DNA from: Actinomycetota bacterium
GTDB taxonomy: Bacteria; Actinomycetota; Humimicrobiia; Humimicrobiales; Humimicrobiaceae
Reading direction: 5' to 3'
DNA: 64,000 nucleotides
Assembly: GCA_018400395.1 (NCBI GenBank)
Contig: JAGYMN010000001.1
Location: forward strand, 2,354 to 66,353
Part shown: positions 48,151 through 58,544 of the stretch, piece by piece
Layout of the letters: the number at the start of each line of letters is the position of its first letter
How positions within the stretch are numbered: position 1 is the first letter of the stretch
The notes under the pieces: model-generated
The model's database searches: none
The model's input: only the letters and a program-made list of their open reading frames with translations
What the model was told of the DNA's origin: nothing
Position numbers and translations under genes: made by a program

Positions 48151-49656
48151 TTAAACTTTTTCCAGGGTGCATACATACCCTCCCTCGCTTTTCAGGTAAT
48201 ACGGCATGATTTCAACCTCCATTGCTTTTTTAGTACCTGTTGTATCTTCAGATTCAGCTATCCTGTAATTTCCGTCCATAGATTCCAGGAAGCGCCTGAC
48301 AGCAAGGCCGTTCTCCAGGGGGGAAATAGTGCATGTATAAAATACCATCCTTCCTCCGGTCCTGAGATATGGATGACATGCTGACATCATATCTGTTGCA
48401 AGCATTGAAAGTCTTTCGATATCCTCCATTTTCCTGTTGTATTTTATCTCCGGATTTTTTGCGATTGTCCCTAGCGCACTGCATGGCGCATCAATTAGTA
48501 TGCGGTCAAAATAATTTATATAATTTCCTTTGATATGATTAAGAAACCCCGGTTTTGATGAATCAGAGATAACCACGGTTACATTATCCGATCCTGTCCT
48601 TTTGAGGTTATCTGAAAGTGTTCTGACCCTATCATCATTTTTATCTACTGCCAGTACCCTCCCGCTGTTACCCATTAGCTGTGATATAAAGGAAGTCTTG
48701 CCTCCGGGAGCTGCACAGCAGTCAAGTATTTTCTCGCCCTGTTCGGGCCCCAGAAAATACTTGACACCCATCTGCGAGGACAGGTCCTGAACAGATATAA
48801 TGCCTTCATCGTAGAGTTTTTCATTTTCTATTCCCATAGCAGATGATATAGCTGCAGCTTCTTCAAATACATTATCGCCCGTTCCAGGTTTTTTTAACGC
48901 AACAGGCCCAAAAACTTTTCTGAAATCCCTGTCCAGTTTATTTATTTCCTCTGCCTTTAATTCTACAGGCTTTGCTTTTATATATTTAAGCTGTTCCATT
49001 ATGCGTGTAAGGATATTATCATCCGTAATATCGCTGTCTTTATTCTTTTCTTTATATCTTATTTTATTTATCCTTATATAGAACCCTGGAATTTTGTTAA
49101 GATATCTGCATATCTTTTTGGTTTTTTTTATTCCGTAATATTTCCCCCAGTATTTTATTACCCATTCCGGAAATGAATGGATTACAGAAATGGCCCTATC
49201 TTCTCCTTCATTACTTTCTTTAAGTATGTCAAGTATATATTCTTCATAATCCTTTATTTCTGATGCTTTTCTGAGAACCGCATTTACAAAACCTGCGGCA
49301 TTATTTTTTCTCTTCTTTGCAAGTTTTACGCTTTCGTCTACCACAGAATATGCCGGGACCCTGTCCATAAACTGTAATTGATATATCCCCATCCGGAGTA
49401 TGTTTAGTATAACCGGGGTAATACCTGAAATCTTTCTCTCCGAAAGAGAGGATATTATAAAATCAGACCTTATAAGATACCTGACTGTCCCTTTTACAAT
49501 ATTGAATATAAATCTACGGTCTAAACTTTTAATATTTTTTGATTCAAAGCTTTCTGACAGCAGCCCTTTTAGCGGGGTTCCGCTATTAAAATGACTGTCA
49601 AGGATTTCAAGGGCTATATTTCGAGGTTTTTCTGCTTTTCCGCCCATTTCATTCAT
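48151..49656 (-). CDS. rsmB: 16S rRNA (cytosine967-C5)-methyltransferase RsmB (NusB-like N-domain + RsmB/Nop2 MTase)
   Basis: 501 aa; LDCCAAPGGKT SAM motif, catalytic Cys region PCS/TC; def-fmt-rsmB synteny. Confidence 0.9.
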   Translation of the reverse strand: MNEMGGKAEKPRNIALEILDSHFNSGTPLKGLLSESFESKNIKSLDRRFIFNIVKGTVRYLIRSDFIISSLSERKISGITPVILNILRMGIYQLQFMDRVPAYSVVDESVKLAKKRKNNAAGFVNAVLRKASEIKDYEEYILDILKESNEGEDRAISVIHSFPEWVIKYWGKYYGIKKTKKICRYLNKIPGFYIRINKIRYKEKNKDSDITDDNILTRIMEQLKYIKAKPVELKAEEINKLDRDFRKVFGPVALKKPGTGDNVFEEAAAISSAMGIENEKLYDEGIISVQDLSSQMGVKYFLGPEQGEKILDCCAAPGGKTSFISQLMGNSGRVLAVDKNDDRVRTLSDNLKRTGSDNVTVVISDSSKPGFLNHIKGNYINYFDRILIDAPCSALGTIAKNPEIKYNRKMEDIERLSMLATDMMSACHPYLRTGGRMVFYTCTISPLENGLAVRRFLESMDGNYRIAESEDTTGTKKAMEVEIMPYYLKSEGGYVCTLEKV

Positions 49657-50587
49657 TCCCCAGGAAAGACCCGGCTTGGGGGCTGTAACCGTTTATAAAA
49701 CTTCTAGAATCCATCACTTTCCTGCCAGCTGGTTGAATTTTCTCAATTTTTACTGCCCCTTCTCCACAATTTACGACAAGACCTTCCCTGCTCACGGCAC
49801 AGATTATCTTTCCTGCTCCGTCATTACCTTTTACTTTTTGAAAAACCGATGCCCTCAATATTTTTATTCTAAGACCTCTGTAGAAAGTATATGCTCCCGG
49901 CGAGGGTGAAAAAGCCCTTATTTTGTTTACTATTTTACCGGATTCTTTTTTCCAGTCTATTCTCAGATCATCTGCCGTTATTTTTCTTGTATATGTTACA
50001 CCCCTATTTTTCTGGGGCCCAGGCTTATAATCTTTGTTCTCTATAAGGTCAAGCACGCTTAAAAGAAGGGGACGGCCAAACATTACTGCCTTTTTTCCCA
50101 CATCTTCAAAATTGTCATACTCTGATATATTAAAGCATGTCTGTGCGTAAATATCCCCCTCATCTATTCCGCTTACAACATCATTTATTGTAACCCCTGT
50201 GCTTTTTGCACCATCAATCAGGGCTCCTGTTATAGGTGATGAGCCCCTGTATGCCGGCAGTATTGATGGGTGTACATTAAGCCATATTCCGGGCCACCTT
50301 TCAAATAATTCATGGGGGAATATCATGCCGAAAGATACAACGACCCCGCGGTCAAATTCAGCATATTCCAGCTCCTTAATAAGATCGCTTCCACTTTTTG
50401 AAATCTCATGTACGGCAAGTCCCCTTCCCAGTGCACACTTTTTTACAGGACAGGGTACAGGTTTCCTGCCCCTTCCCTTCCTTGTGTCCCTGAATGTAAA
50501 AACTGCTGTCACAACATGATGGGAATCATCTATCTCTTCAAGAAAAGGTACAGAGAAATCAGATGAACCGAAGTATATTATTCGCAA
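49649..50587 (-). CDS. fmt: Methionyl-tRNA formyltransferase
   Basis: 312 aa; N-terminal formyltransferase fold (…NVHPSILPAYRG… SLLP motif equivalent). Confidence 0.9.
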   Translation of the reverse strand: MRIIYFGSSDFSVPFLEEIDDSHHVVTAVFTFRDTRKGRGRKPVPCPVKKCALGRGLAVHEISKSGSDLIKELEYAEFDRGVVVSFGMIFPHELFERWPGIWLNVHPSILPAYRGSSPITGALIDGAKSTGVTINDVVSGIDEGDIYAQTCFNISEYDNFEDVGKKAVMFGRPLLLSVLDLIENKDYKPGPQKNRGVTYTRKITADDLRIDWKKESGKIVNKIRAFSPSPGAYTFYRGLRIKILRASVFQKVKGNDGAGKIICAVSREGLVVNCGEGAVKIEKIQPAGRKVMDSRSFINGYSPQAGSFLGNE

Positions 50588-50619
50588 AACATCATCTCCT
50601 TACAAGGAAAGCACATTTT

Positions 50620-51111
50620 TCAGGATTTGAACTCGTTTACCCTGTCCAGAAGTTCCATCCTGGAAGTCGGGTCAAGATGATCTATAAACATCTTTCCTTT
50701 CAGATGGTCTATTTCATGCTGGAATATTATAGCAAGAAGCCCTTCTGCTGTCACCTCCAATGGTTTGCCCTTAAGGTTTTTGGCCCTAACTCTTACCTTT
50801 TTGTATCTGTCTACTGTAAATCCCTGGATGGAATATATCGACAGGCATCCTTCATCGCTTTTGGTCATGTTATCATCCAAAACTTCCAGCTCAGGATTTA
50901 TGAAAGTGTCGATCCTGTCCCCGTATCTGACAATTATTATCCTCTTTGATATGCCTATCTGTGGAGCAGCAAGACCCAACCCGCCTTCCTCTTTCATGGT
51001 ATCAATCATGTCTTTTACAATATCTTTGATACTTCTGTCTATTTTATCCACTTTATTTGCAATTTCCCTCAGAACCGGGTCACCTATCTTTCTTATCTTT
51101 CTTATTGCCAT
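50620..51111 (-). CDS. def: Peptide deformylase
   Basis: 163 aa; GLAAPQIG, EGCLS, HEIDHL motifs. Confidence 0.95.
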   Translation of the reverse strand: MAIRKIRKIGDPVLREIANKVDKIDRSIKDIVKDMIDTMKEEGGLGLAAPQIGISKRIIIVRYGDRIDTFINPELEVLDDNMTKSDEGCLSIYSIQGFTVDRYKKVRVRAKNLKGKPLEVTAEGLLAIIFQHEIDHLKGKMFIDHLDPTSRMELLDRVNEFKS

Positions 51112-51126
51112 TCCAACTCCTCCATA

Positions 51127-53382
51127 CTATAGTATCCAGGCCGGATCTACATCTATTATAATCTTTGTGTCACTGCTTTTTCTGTACTTTTTCATTAACT
51201 GTCCCAGCATCTCAGTAAGAACACCTATTTCCTTTGTCTTAAGCAGTATATGCTGACGGTAGAATCTGTTTATCCTGTAAAAAGGTGCTGGAGCAGGCCC
51301 CAGAACATCAATATTTATTTTAATGTCTTTTTTTATTTTATCCAGCATTTTTTTAGACTCTTCTATTACAATGGCCTCATCAAGCCCTGATATTATTATA
51401 TTTACAAGATTAGAAAACGGAGGATAGGAAAGCTCTTTCCTGTTTTTAATCTCTTCCATATAGAAACTCAGGTAATCTTCATCATCAAGGTGCTTAATAA
51501 CATAGGAATCAGGCCTGTATGTCTGAATTATTACCCTTCCCGGCTTTTCTTTTCTTCCAGCCCTTCCTGAAACCTGGGTTACAAGCTGGTATACCCTCTC
51601 ATTCATATGATAATCAGGAAGAGACAACATACCATCACAGTTTATCACCCCAACAAGAGTGACATCAGGAATATCAAGCCCTTTTGCCACCATCTGCGTA
51701 CCCACTAAAATCGATCTTCCGGGAGCGGAAAAATTTTTAATTATCCTGTAGTGCGACTGCTTCCCGGAGGTTGCATCGGAATCCATCCTGAAAACAGGTA
51801 CATCGTTAAACCTTGTCCTTATCTTGGCTTCCACTCTCTGTATGCCGCTTCCTGCAAGAAATAGGCTGTGCTTTCCGCACATTCTGCAGACTCCTGTATA
51901 TTTTTCTTCCCTTCCGCAGTGGTGGCATACAAGTTTCCCGATGTCGCGGTGATAGTTGTACGGCAGGTCACAGGCGGGGCAGCGTGGTATGTTACCGCAT
52001 TCTGTGCATACTACAAAATTAGAAAATCCCCTTCGGTTTATAAAGATTATTACCTTGTTGTCTTTTTCAAGCTCTTCATGCATTGCCCTGTAAAGAGCTG
52101 ATGTTATGAACTCGTCTTCTTTTGACCGGTCTATCTTCCTTAGGTCAACTATCTTCCTTTCGACTTTCTTCGAGTTCTGGGCTTTTACAGGCATCTCCAG
52201 AATTGAATAATCCTTTCTGTTCAAAGCCGTATATCTGGTGCTTATTGAAGGAGTGGCACTTCCCATAACCAGAGGGATCTTTTTTATCTCTGAAAGCTTT
52301 GATGCAACATCACGTGTATTATATCTTGCCAGTGAATTTTCCTTATAGGAAGGGTCGTGCTCTTCATCCATTATTATAACACCGGTATCCTTCATTGGTG
52401 TAAAGAGAGCTGACCTTGTTCCTATCAGAAGGTCCACATTACCCTCAAGTATTTCCATCCACCTGTCATATCTCTCGCCGTCACTCATGCGTGAATGATA
52501 TACTGCAAGCCTCCTCCCGAACATCTTCTCAAATCTTGAAAAAAGCTGGGGGGTAAGTGATATCTCGGGTACAAGAACAAGGCCTTTCCTGCCCATATCT
52601 ATAACCCTTTTGCATATGTTCATGTAAACCTCTGTCTTGCCGCTTCCGGTTACCCCATGTATAAGAAATTTCCTGCTTTCCCCACGGGCGGCAGAGCCCC
52701 ACACAGCTTCCACGCATTTCTTCTGATAATGGTTTAGAATTACCGGCCTGCTTTCTTCCTGTAAAATGCTGCCGTAACGGTAATCCCTTATTTGCCTTTT
52801 GCTGTACTTTTTTACTAGACCCGCCTCCAGAAGCCTCTTTAAAGAATCATAGCTGCTTTTCGTTCTTTTAAGCAGCAGGCTCCGTTCCATTTCCTTATTT
52901 TTGTCCTGAAGAAGTAGCTGAAGAATCCTGTTCTGTGCTTTTTTCCTCTGCCATCCCCTGTCATCTTTTAATTTTCCATAAACTCCATTATCAAGACGGA
53001 TCACGGTCATATATTTTGACGGTGAGGCTGAACCATAAATAGTCTTTTTACTTTTTCTACCAGGGGGAAGCAACAATCTCAGAACACCGGAAAGGGGATA
53101 TACATAATATGAGCTCATCCATAATGCAAGTTTTAACATATCATCATCAAAAACAGGCGAAATATCTGCCAGTCCGGATATTTTTTTCAGATCCTGAGGT
53201 TTTACCGGTGTCTCGTCTTTTATACCCACAACATATCCTATTTCTTTTCTCTGGTTTACAGGTATCAGCACAACACTGCCTGTTTTTATATAAGGCTCAA
53301 TATCCGGGGGTATAATATAATCAAAGGGGTGGTCCATACCCGGTGATTTTATATCAATATATACTTCAGCATATCTTTTCAT
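51127..53382 (-). CDS. priA: Primosomal protein N' (replication restart helicase PriA)
   Basis: 751 aa; GVTGSGKT Walker A, DEEH, Cys-rich zinc-binding insert (CTECGNIPRCPACD…CHHCG). Confidence 0.95.
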   Translation of the reverse strand: MKRYAEVYIDIKSPGMDHPFDYIIPPDIEPYIKTGSVVLIPVNQRKEIGYVVGIKDETPVKPQDLKKISGLADISPVFDDDMLKLALWMSSYYVYPLSGVLRLLLPPGRKSKKTIYGSASPSKYMTVIRLDNGVYGKLKDDRGWQRKKAQNRILQLLLQDKNKEMERSLLLKRTKSSYDSLKRLLEAGLVKKYSKRQIRDYRYGSILQEESRPVILNHYQKKCVEAVWGSAARGESRKFLIHGVTGSGKTEVYMNICKRVIDMGRKGLVLVPEISLTPQLFSRFEKMFGRRLAVYHSRMSDGERYDRWMEILEGNVDLLIGTRSALFTPMKDTGVIIMDEEHDPSYKENSLARYNTRDVASKLSEIKKIPLVMGSATPSISTRYTALNRKDYSILEMPVKAQNSKKVERKIVDLRKIDRSKEDEFITSALYRAMHEELEKDNKVIIFINRRGFSNFVVCTECGNIPRCPACDLPYNYHRDIGKLVCHHCGREEKYTGVCRMCGKHSLFLAGSGIQRVEAKIRTRFNDVPVFRMDSDATSGKQSHYRIIKNFSAPGRSILVGTQMVAKGLDIPDVTLVGVINCDGMLSLPDYHMNERVYQLVTQVSGRAGRKEKPGRVIIQTYRPDSYVIKHLDDEDYLSFYMEEIKNRKELSYPPFSNLVNIIISGLDEAIVIEESKKMLDKIKKDIKINIDVLGPAPAPFYRINRFYRQHILLKTKEIGVLTEMLGQLMKKYRKSSDTKIIIDVDPAWIL

Positions 53383-53459
53383 TTACAATGATTTTAATCC
53401 GGGTTAAATCCATTAAAAGTTTACTTTAACAAAACTATGCAGCAGCTATTACAGAGAGA

Positions 53460-54677
53460 CTACTTCAATCCCAGAAAATCTTTTATGGCATCTACCTTAT
53501 CCAGCTTTTCCCATGTAAAATCCCTGTCGCGTCTTCCAAAGTGACCGTATGCTGCTGTTTTTCTGTAAATAGGTCTCAAAAGGTCTAAATCCCTTATTAT
53601 GGCACCCGGCCGCAGGTCAAAGATTTCCTTTATGGCTTCTTCTATCTTTTCCGTACCTACCTTTTCCGTCCCAAATGTTTCTACCATAACCGAAACAGGG
53701 TGTGAAACTCCTATAGCATACGAAACCTGGATCTCAAGCCTTTCAGCTGCACCTGCTGCAACCATGTTCTTTGCCACATACCTTGCAGCATAGGTCGCCG
53801 AGCGGTCTACTTTTGAAGGATCCTTGCCCGAGAAAGCCCCTCCGCCATGTCTTGCACTCCCGCCGTATGTATCAACTATTATCTTTCTGCCTGTTACTCC
53901 TGCATCACCCATGGGGCCGCCTATCGTGAACTCTCCGGTAGGGTTTACAAATAACCTTATATCCTTTGAAAGATATTCTTCCGGAATAATAGGCTTGACC
54001 ACAAATTCTTTTATGTCAGGCAATATCTGTGTATCGATGTCTATATTTGGTGCATGCTGGGACGATACTACTATCGTATCTATTCTTACAGGCCTTCCAT
54101 CTTCATATCTTACACTGACCTGTGTCTTTCCGTCAGGTCTTAGATATGGCAGTATTCCTGCTTTTCTTACCTCGGAAAGCCTGTGGGCAAGATTATGCGC
54201 CATCATTATCGGCAGCGGCATAAATTCAGGGGTCTCATTACAGGCAAAACCGAACATCATCCCCTGGTCTCCGGCTCCCTGCAGATCTATTTCATCTTCA
54301 TAACCGTTCCCAACTCTAGATTCAAAAGCCTTCTCAACACCAAGAGCAATATTCGGTGACTGCCTGCCTATTGACACCATAATCCCGCATGTCTCATAGT
54401 CAAAACCGTATTTTGCCCTTGTATAACCTATACTTTTTATTACATCTCTTACTATTGAAGGTATCTCAACATATGTATTTGTAGTCACCTCTCCTGCTAC
54501 GACCACTATCCCAGTCTTCACAAGAGTTTCTATGGCAACCCTCGCCTTTTTGTCGTCATTTATAATAGCGTCAAGTATGGCATCCGATATCTGGTCTGCC
54601 ATCTTATCAGGATGACCCTCAGTTACTGATTCTGAGGTAAATAAATAGTTCTTTTTCTTTGGCATTAAGTCTCCCAT
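53460..54677 (-). CDS. metK: S-adenosylmethionine synthase
   Basis: 405 aa; [20 protein letters not shown] motifs. Confidence 0.95.
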   Translation of the reverse strand: MGDLMPKKKNYLFTSESVTEGHPDKMADQISDAILDAIINDDKKARVAIETLVKTGIVVVAGEVTTNTYVEIPSIVRDVIKSIGYTRAKYGFDYETCGIMVSIGRQSPNIALGVEKAFESRVGNGYEDEIDLQGAGDQGMMFGFACNETPEFMPLPIMMAHNLAHRLSEVRKAGILPYLRPDGKTQVSVRYEDGRPVRIDTIVVSSQHAPNIDIDTQILPDIKEFVVKPIIPEEYLSKDIRLFVNPTGEFTIGGPMGDAGVTGRKIIVDTYGGSARHGGGAFSGKDPSKVDRSATYAARYVAKNMVAAGAAERLEIQVSYAIGVSHPVSVMVETFGTEKVGTEKIEEAIKEIFDLRPGAIIRDLDLLRPIYRKTAAYGHFGRRDRDFTWEKLDKVDAIKDFLGLK

Positions 54678-54700
54678 CTAGTACCTAATTATCAATAGTT

Positions 54701-55912
54701 TCATATTTGCTTTATTATCTCATCCCAGATACCTGCTGCTACAATCCGCTTTATATTCCTCGGTATCCTTACAGGCTCTCTTCCCGGTATTATTACATCT
54801 ACCTGGTTGTAGTCACTGCCAATACCTGTATCTGTACCCGAAATGTCATTGCCTACTATCATATCTATGTTTCTTCCAGAGAATTTCCTGGCCACCTTAG
54901 AAATATTATAGCCACTTTCAGCAGCAAATCCTATTAAAAATTGATCCTTCTTTTTGTTCTTTGCCAGGATATCAAGTATATTCTCGTTCAGTTTAAACCC
55001 CATAGAAGAAATAAGACTCTTTTTTGGTATTTTCTTATCAGTCCTTTTAACCGGAACTATATCACTGACAGCTGCGGCCATTATTATAATATCTGCATCA
55101 TTTAAATTATCCATTACTGCTTCCTTCATGCCGGAAGTATCTTCTACATGAACAACCTCTGCCCCGTATGGCAGCAGTCTCTTCCCTGCAGCACTTACCA
55201 GGATTACTTTTTCTGCTCCCCTGAAATATGCCTCTTCTGCCAGTGCAAAACCCATTTTTCCGCTGGAAGCATTGGATATAAACCTGACTTTATCTATATA
55301 TTCCCTGGTACCCCCTGCCGTTATAAGAACCTTCTTGCCCCTGAGGGCGCTGGAGACAGTAAGAAGCCCGGCCAGACTGTCTATTATCTTATCCTCCTCC
55401 TCCATCCTCCCGGGACCTTTTTCACCACATGCAAGATCTCCTTCTGCAGGTCCTATAATCCTGTACTTTCCATGCCTGGCAAGTATTTCTATGCTCTCCC
55501 TTACAGCCCCGTCAAGGTACATTCCTGTATTCATTGCCGGAGCGATCAGGGTCGGGCATTTCGCTGCCATCGCAGCAGTTGTAAGAAAATCATCGCATAT
55601 ACCCCGGGCAAGCTTACATATAACATCTGCACTTGCAGGTGCTATAAGAAATGCATCTGCCCTGCGTGCAAGTGTTATATGATATATATCACCACTATTT
55701 TTAAACTGTCCGGTTATTGTCTCATTGCCCGAAAGTGAGCTGAAAGTTATGGGGTTTATGAAATTTTCGGCACGCGCTGTCATAACTGGAATGACGCTGG
55801 CACCTGATTTTACCAGCCTGCTGCATATATAGGCTGCCTTATAGGCAGCAATGGAGGCGGTTATTCCCAGTACAATCTTTTTATCTAAAAAAATTGAACT
55901 GCTATCACTCAA
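54701..55912 (-). CDS. coaBC: Bifunctional phosphopantothenoylcysteine decarboxylase/synthetase
   Basis: 403 aa; N-terminal flavoprotein domain and C-terminal DFP domain (…NASSGKMG…). Confidence 0.9.
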   Translation of the reverse strand: MSDSSSIFLDKKIVLGITASIAAYKAAYICSRLVKSGASVIPVMTARAENFINPITFSSLSGNETITGQFKNSGDIYHITLARRADAFLIAPASADVICKLARGICDDFLTTAAMAAKCPTLIAPAMNTGMYLDGAVRESIEILARHGKYRIIGPAEGDLACGEKGPGRMEEEDKIIDSLAGLLTVSSALRGKKVLITAGGTREYIDKVRFISNASSGKMGFALAEEAYFRGAEKVILVSAAGKRLLPYGAEVVHVEDTSGMKEAVMDNLNDADIIIMAAAVSDIVPVKRTDKKIPKKSLISSMGFKLNENILDILAKNKKKDQFLIGFAAESGYNISKVARKFSGRNIDMIVGNDISGTDTGIGSDYNQVDVIIPGREPVRIPRNIKRIVAAGIWDEIIKQI

Positions 55913-55914
55913 GA

Positions 55915-56157
55915 TTATTTTTCTTCCTCTTCTTTAATATCCAATCCTACCTTTTTTTCCTTTATCTCCTGAAAGGCTATTTCAAGTGGATCCGAAGACT
56001 CAATATCCACAAGAGGCTTGACTATATTTACCCTTTCCATATTCCTTGCGGCCGCAAGATATTCCCCAAGTTCTCTTGCCCGCATGGAAACAACTATGCA
56101 CAATTTATATTTACTTTTTATACTTTTTTCATATTCATCAAGAAAATGCATTTTCAT
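55915..56157 (-). CDS. rpoZ: DNA-directed RNA polymerase subunit omega
   Basis: 80 aa; …YKLCIVVSMRAREL… motif; gmk-rpoZ synteny. Confidence 0.85.
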   Translation of the reverse strand: MKMHFLDEYEKSIKSKYKLCIVVSMRARELGEYLAAARNMERVNIVKPLVDIESSDPLEIAFQEIKEKKVGLDIKEEEEK

Positions 56158-56729
56158 TTACTTACCTTTCCATCGGCTTCTATAAGAACGCTTTTTAGAT
56201 TTTTTAAAGCTTCATTATAGTTATTATTGACGATTATGCAATCATAATATTTCTTATACTTTTGTTCCTTCTCTGCTATCTCCAGCCTTTTTTCAATCTC
56301 TTCAATACTGTCTGTTCCCCTCTTTATCAGTCTTTCCCTTAACTGGCCCGGTATTGTCGTTGTAATAAAAATAAAATAAGCATCATCTATCTTTTTCATT
56401 ATCTGCATTGCTCCCTGTACTTCTATCTCCAGGATCATATTTATTCCGATAGAGAGCTTTTCCATCACAAAATTTTCCGGAGTACCATAGTAATATCCTG
56501 CATACACTGCCCACTCCAGAAAACTTCCCCTGTCAATCATTTCCCTGAACTCTTCAGGTGAAACAAAATAATAATTCCTGCCATGTATTTCTCCGCTTCT
56601 TTTTGGCCTTGTGGTGGCAGATATGGACTTTTCAAAATTATCCATGCTTTTAATGACATCTGAGATTAGGCTGCTTTTACCTGAACCGGATGGGCCTGAA
56701 ATTACAAATAATCTTGCTCTGTCGATCAT
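56154..56729 (-). CDS. gmk: Guanylate kinase
   Basis: 191 aa; GPSGSGKSS P-loop, SATTR motif. Confidence 0.95.
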   Translation of the reverse strand: MIDRARLFVISGPSGSGKSSLISDVIKSMDNFEKSISATTRPKRSGEIHGRNYYFVSPEEFREMIDRGSFLEWAVYAGYYYGTPENFVMEKLSIGINMILEIEVQGAMQIMKKIDDAYFIFITTTIPGQLRERLIKRGTDSIEEIEKRLEIAEKEQKYKKYYDCIIVNNNYNEALKNLKSVLIEADGKVSK

Positions 56730-56739
56730 CTATAATAAG

Positions 56740-57117
56740 TCAAGACTCTGTTATATTGAAATGCTTATAAAAGCTGGCTTTCTGGTTTTTACCCAGTCCG
56801 CCTATTTTCTTGTGGGGGCTTATCCTTAATTTTTCAAGTGTCTTTATGGCATTTACCCTTCCATTGCCGGGAAGCGAGCTAATAATGTTTAATACCTTCA
56901 TCCCTGCAATATACTCTTCGAAAATTTCCTGGTCATTAAAAAGCTCATTAATGCTGATCCTTCCGTTCTTTAACTTTTCCTTGATCTCGGCTCTATTCCT
57001 TCGGACCAGTTTTGCTTTTTCAAGACCCTTTTTTCTTGCTTCTTCACTCAAGCTTTCTGATATCATCAAAGCTCCTTTTGAAAATGACTGGACAGATAAT
57101 TTAGAGTATACAAACAT
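56740..57117 (-). CDS. mihF: Integration host factor, actinobacterial-type (mIHF/sIHF-like HhH DNA-binding protein)
   Basis: 125 aa (true start probably internal Met, ~105 aa); …SEEARKKGLEKAKLVRRNRAEIKEKLKNG…MKVLNIISSLPGNGRVNAIKTLEKLRISPHKKIGGLG… aligns by eye with Mycobacterium mIHF; position upstream of gmk as in Actinobacteria. Confidence 0.7.
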   Translation of the reverse strand: MFVYSKLSVQSFSKGALMISESLSEEARKKGLEKAKLVRRNRAEIKEKLKNGRISINELFNDQEIFEEYIAGMKVLNIISSLPGNGRVNAIKTLEKLRISPHKKIGGLGKNQKASFYKHFNITES

Positions 57118-57195
57118 ATATATACTTTTTCAACATAATTATTCAATGAATTTATATAAAAACGGATTTTTAGAAAAATCAATCAGTCATATTAT

Positions 57196-57795
57196 TTATT
57201 TTCTGCTCCCGGGATATACCAGGGGCTCCCCCTTTTCACATAAAGGGCACTTATCCGGAGCAAACTTTTTGGCATCTATCTTTACCATGCTGTAATAAGG
57301 GTATCCAAAATCAACACCGGAATTTCTATCTACCATTGCAGCCACGGCCTTTATATCCGCTCCTTCCCTTCTGCATATTTTGATTACTTCAGATACCGAT
57401 CCCCCGGTTGTTATTACATCTTCCGCTATTATTACTTTCTCTCCCCTTACTATATTAAAGCCCCTTCTCAGCATCATTTTATTTTCTTTTCTCTCGGTAA
57501 ATATCATCCTGCAGCCTATCCTGCATGCAAGAATATATCCCCACAGAATACCTCCTATCGCCGGGGCTATTACTGTATCTATTTTACCCGGGTCCATCCT
57601 GCCTTTCAGGATATTGAATGCTTCACCGGCCAGTACGCCGGCTCTTTCAGGATACTGCAGAAGAGCAGCACACTGTATATAGACATCACTGTGGTAGCCT
57701 GACGTAAGCCTGAAATGCCCTTCCAGTATAGCTCCGGATTCGGTAAAAAGATTTAATATACCTTTCTCCCCTGCCTGCTCCATTACTTTCACCAT
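57196..57795 (-). CDS. pyrE: Orotate phosphoribosyltransferase
   Basis: 199 aa; PRTase motif VIIAEDVITTGGS; pyrF-pyrE pair. Confidence 0.9.
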   Translation of the reverse strand: MVKVMEQAGEKGILNLFTESGAILEGHFRLTSGYHSDVYIQCAALLQYPERAGVLAGEAFNILKGRMDPGKIDTVIAPAIGGILWGYILACRIGCRMIFTERKENKMMLRRGFNIVRGEKVIIAEDVITTGGSVSEVIKICRREGADIKAVAAMVDRNSGVDFGYPYYSMVKIDAKKFAPDKCPLCEKGEPLVYPGSRK

Positions 57796-58544
57796 ATCAT
57801 ATTTTCCTTTCCCAGTGCATTGCCTATCCTTCCCAGTATAAAATCCACTGCACCTGCCATATCTTCTTTACCTGTTATTGAACGTCCTGCTATCAATATA
57901 TCAGAGCCTGATTGTATAGCTTTTTCAGGGGTACTGAACCGTTTCTGGTCTCCAGGGCTGTCCTCTTCCAGCCTTATCCCGGGCGTTGCTATAAAAAAAT
58001 CTTCACCATACTCCTTTCTCAGGATTCCGGCTTCCCCCGGTGAGCATATTATTCCATCTGCACCTGCATCCAGGGCAATACCTGCAAGCTTTTTTACAGT
58101 ACCAATATAACCTCCACTGAAACCCATTTCCTCAAGGTCCCTATCATCAAGACTTGTAAGCACGGTAACCCCGAATAAAAGAGGTTTTATGGAAAGTTCT
58201 TTCTTTGACTGCTCTTCAAGGGCTCTTTGTGAATCTTCTATCATCCTTCTGCCTCCCAGGGCATGTATGGTAATTATTGAAGGCTTTAATTTTGCAATAG
58301 CAGAGGATGCCCTGCCCGCAGTGTTTGGTATATCCATAATTTTTGCATCAAGCATTACATCATAACCTGATCTCTTTGTGATATCAACAACACCTATCCC
58401 GGCACTATATATCATCTCCAGACCCAGTTTTACAGTTGATACCTTTCCTGATATACGGGAAAGTATTTTCAGGAGCCTGCCTTTACTGTCAACATCTATT
58501 ACAACTACAAGACGGTCCCTTAACCTCAGCTTTCTTTTTTTCAA
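57789..58544 (-). CDS. pyrF: Orotidine 5'-phosphate decarboxylase
   Basis: 251 aa; DxKxxD-type motif (…LDAKIMDIPNT…), TIM barrel. Confidence 0.9.
   Translation of the reverse strand: MKKRKLRLRDRLVVVIDVDSKGRLLKILSRISGKVSTVKLGLEMIYSAGIGVVDITKRSGYDVMLDAKIMDIPNTAGRASSAIAKLKPSIITIHALGGRRMIEDSQRALEEQSKKELSIKPLLFGVTVLTSLDDRDLEEMGFSGGYIGTVKKLAGIALDAGADGIICSPGEAGILRKEYGEDFFIATPGIRLEEDSPGDQKRFSTPEKAIQSGSDILIAGRSITGKEDMAGAVDFILGRIGNALGKENMIW

Noticed and set aside
55148-55738. 196-aa plus-strand ORF (also 55272..55682) opposite coaBC
   Set aside because: Embedded antisense within a well-supported conserved gene; Cys/Arg-rich nonsense translation typical of reverse frames in a GC-richer gene.
57196-57795. 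C-terminal CPLC-containing tail of PyrE as a possible extra zinc-binding/regulatory extension
   Set aside because: Only two cysteines and I cannot exclude that this is normal for this PyrE subfamily; insufficient to call.
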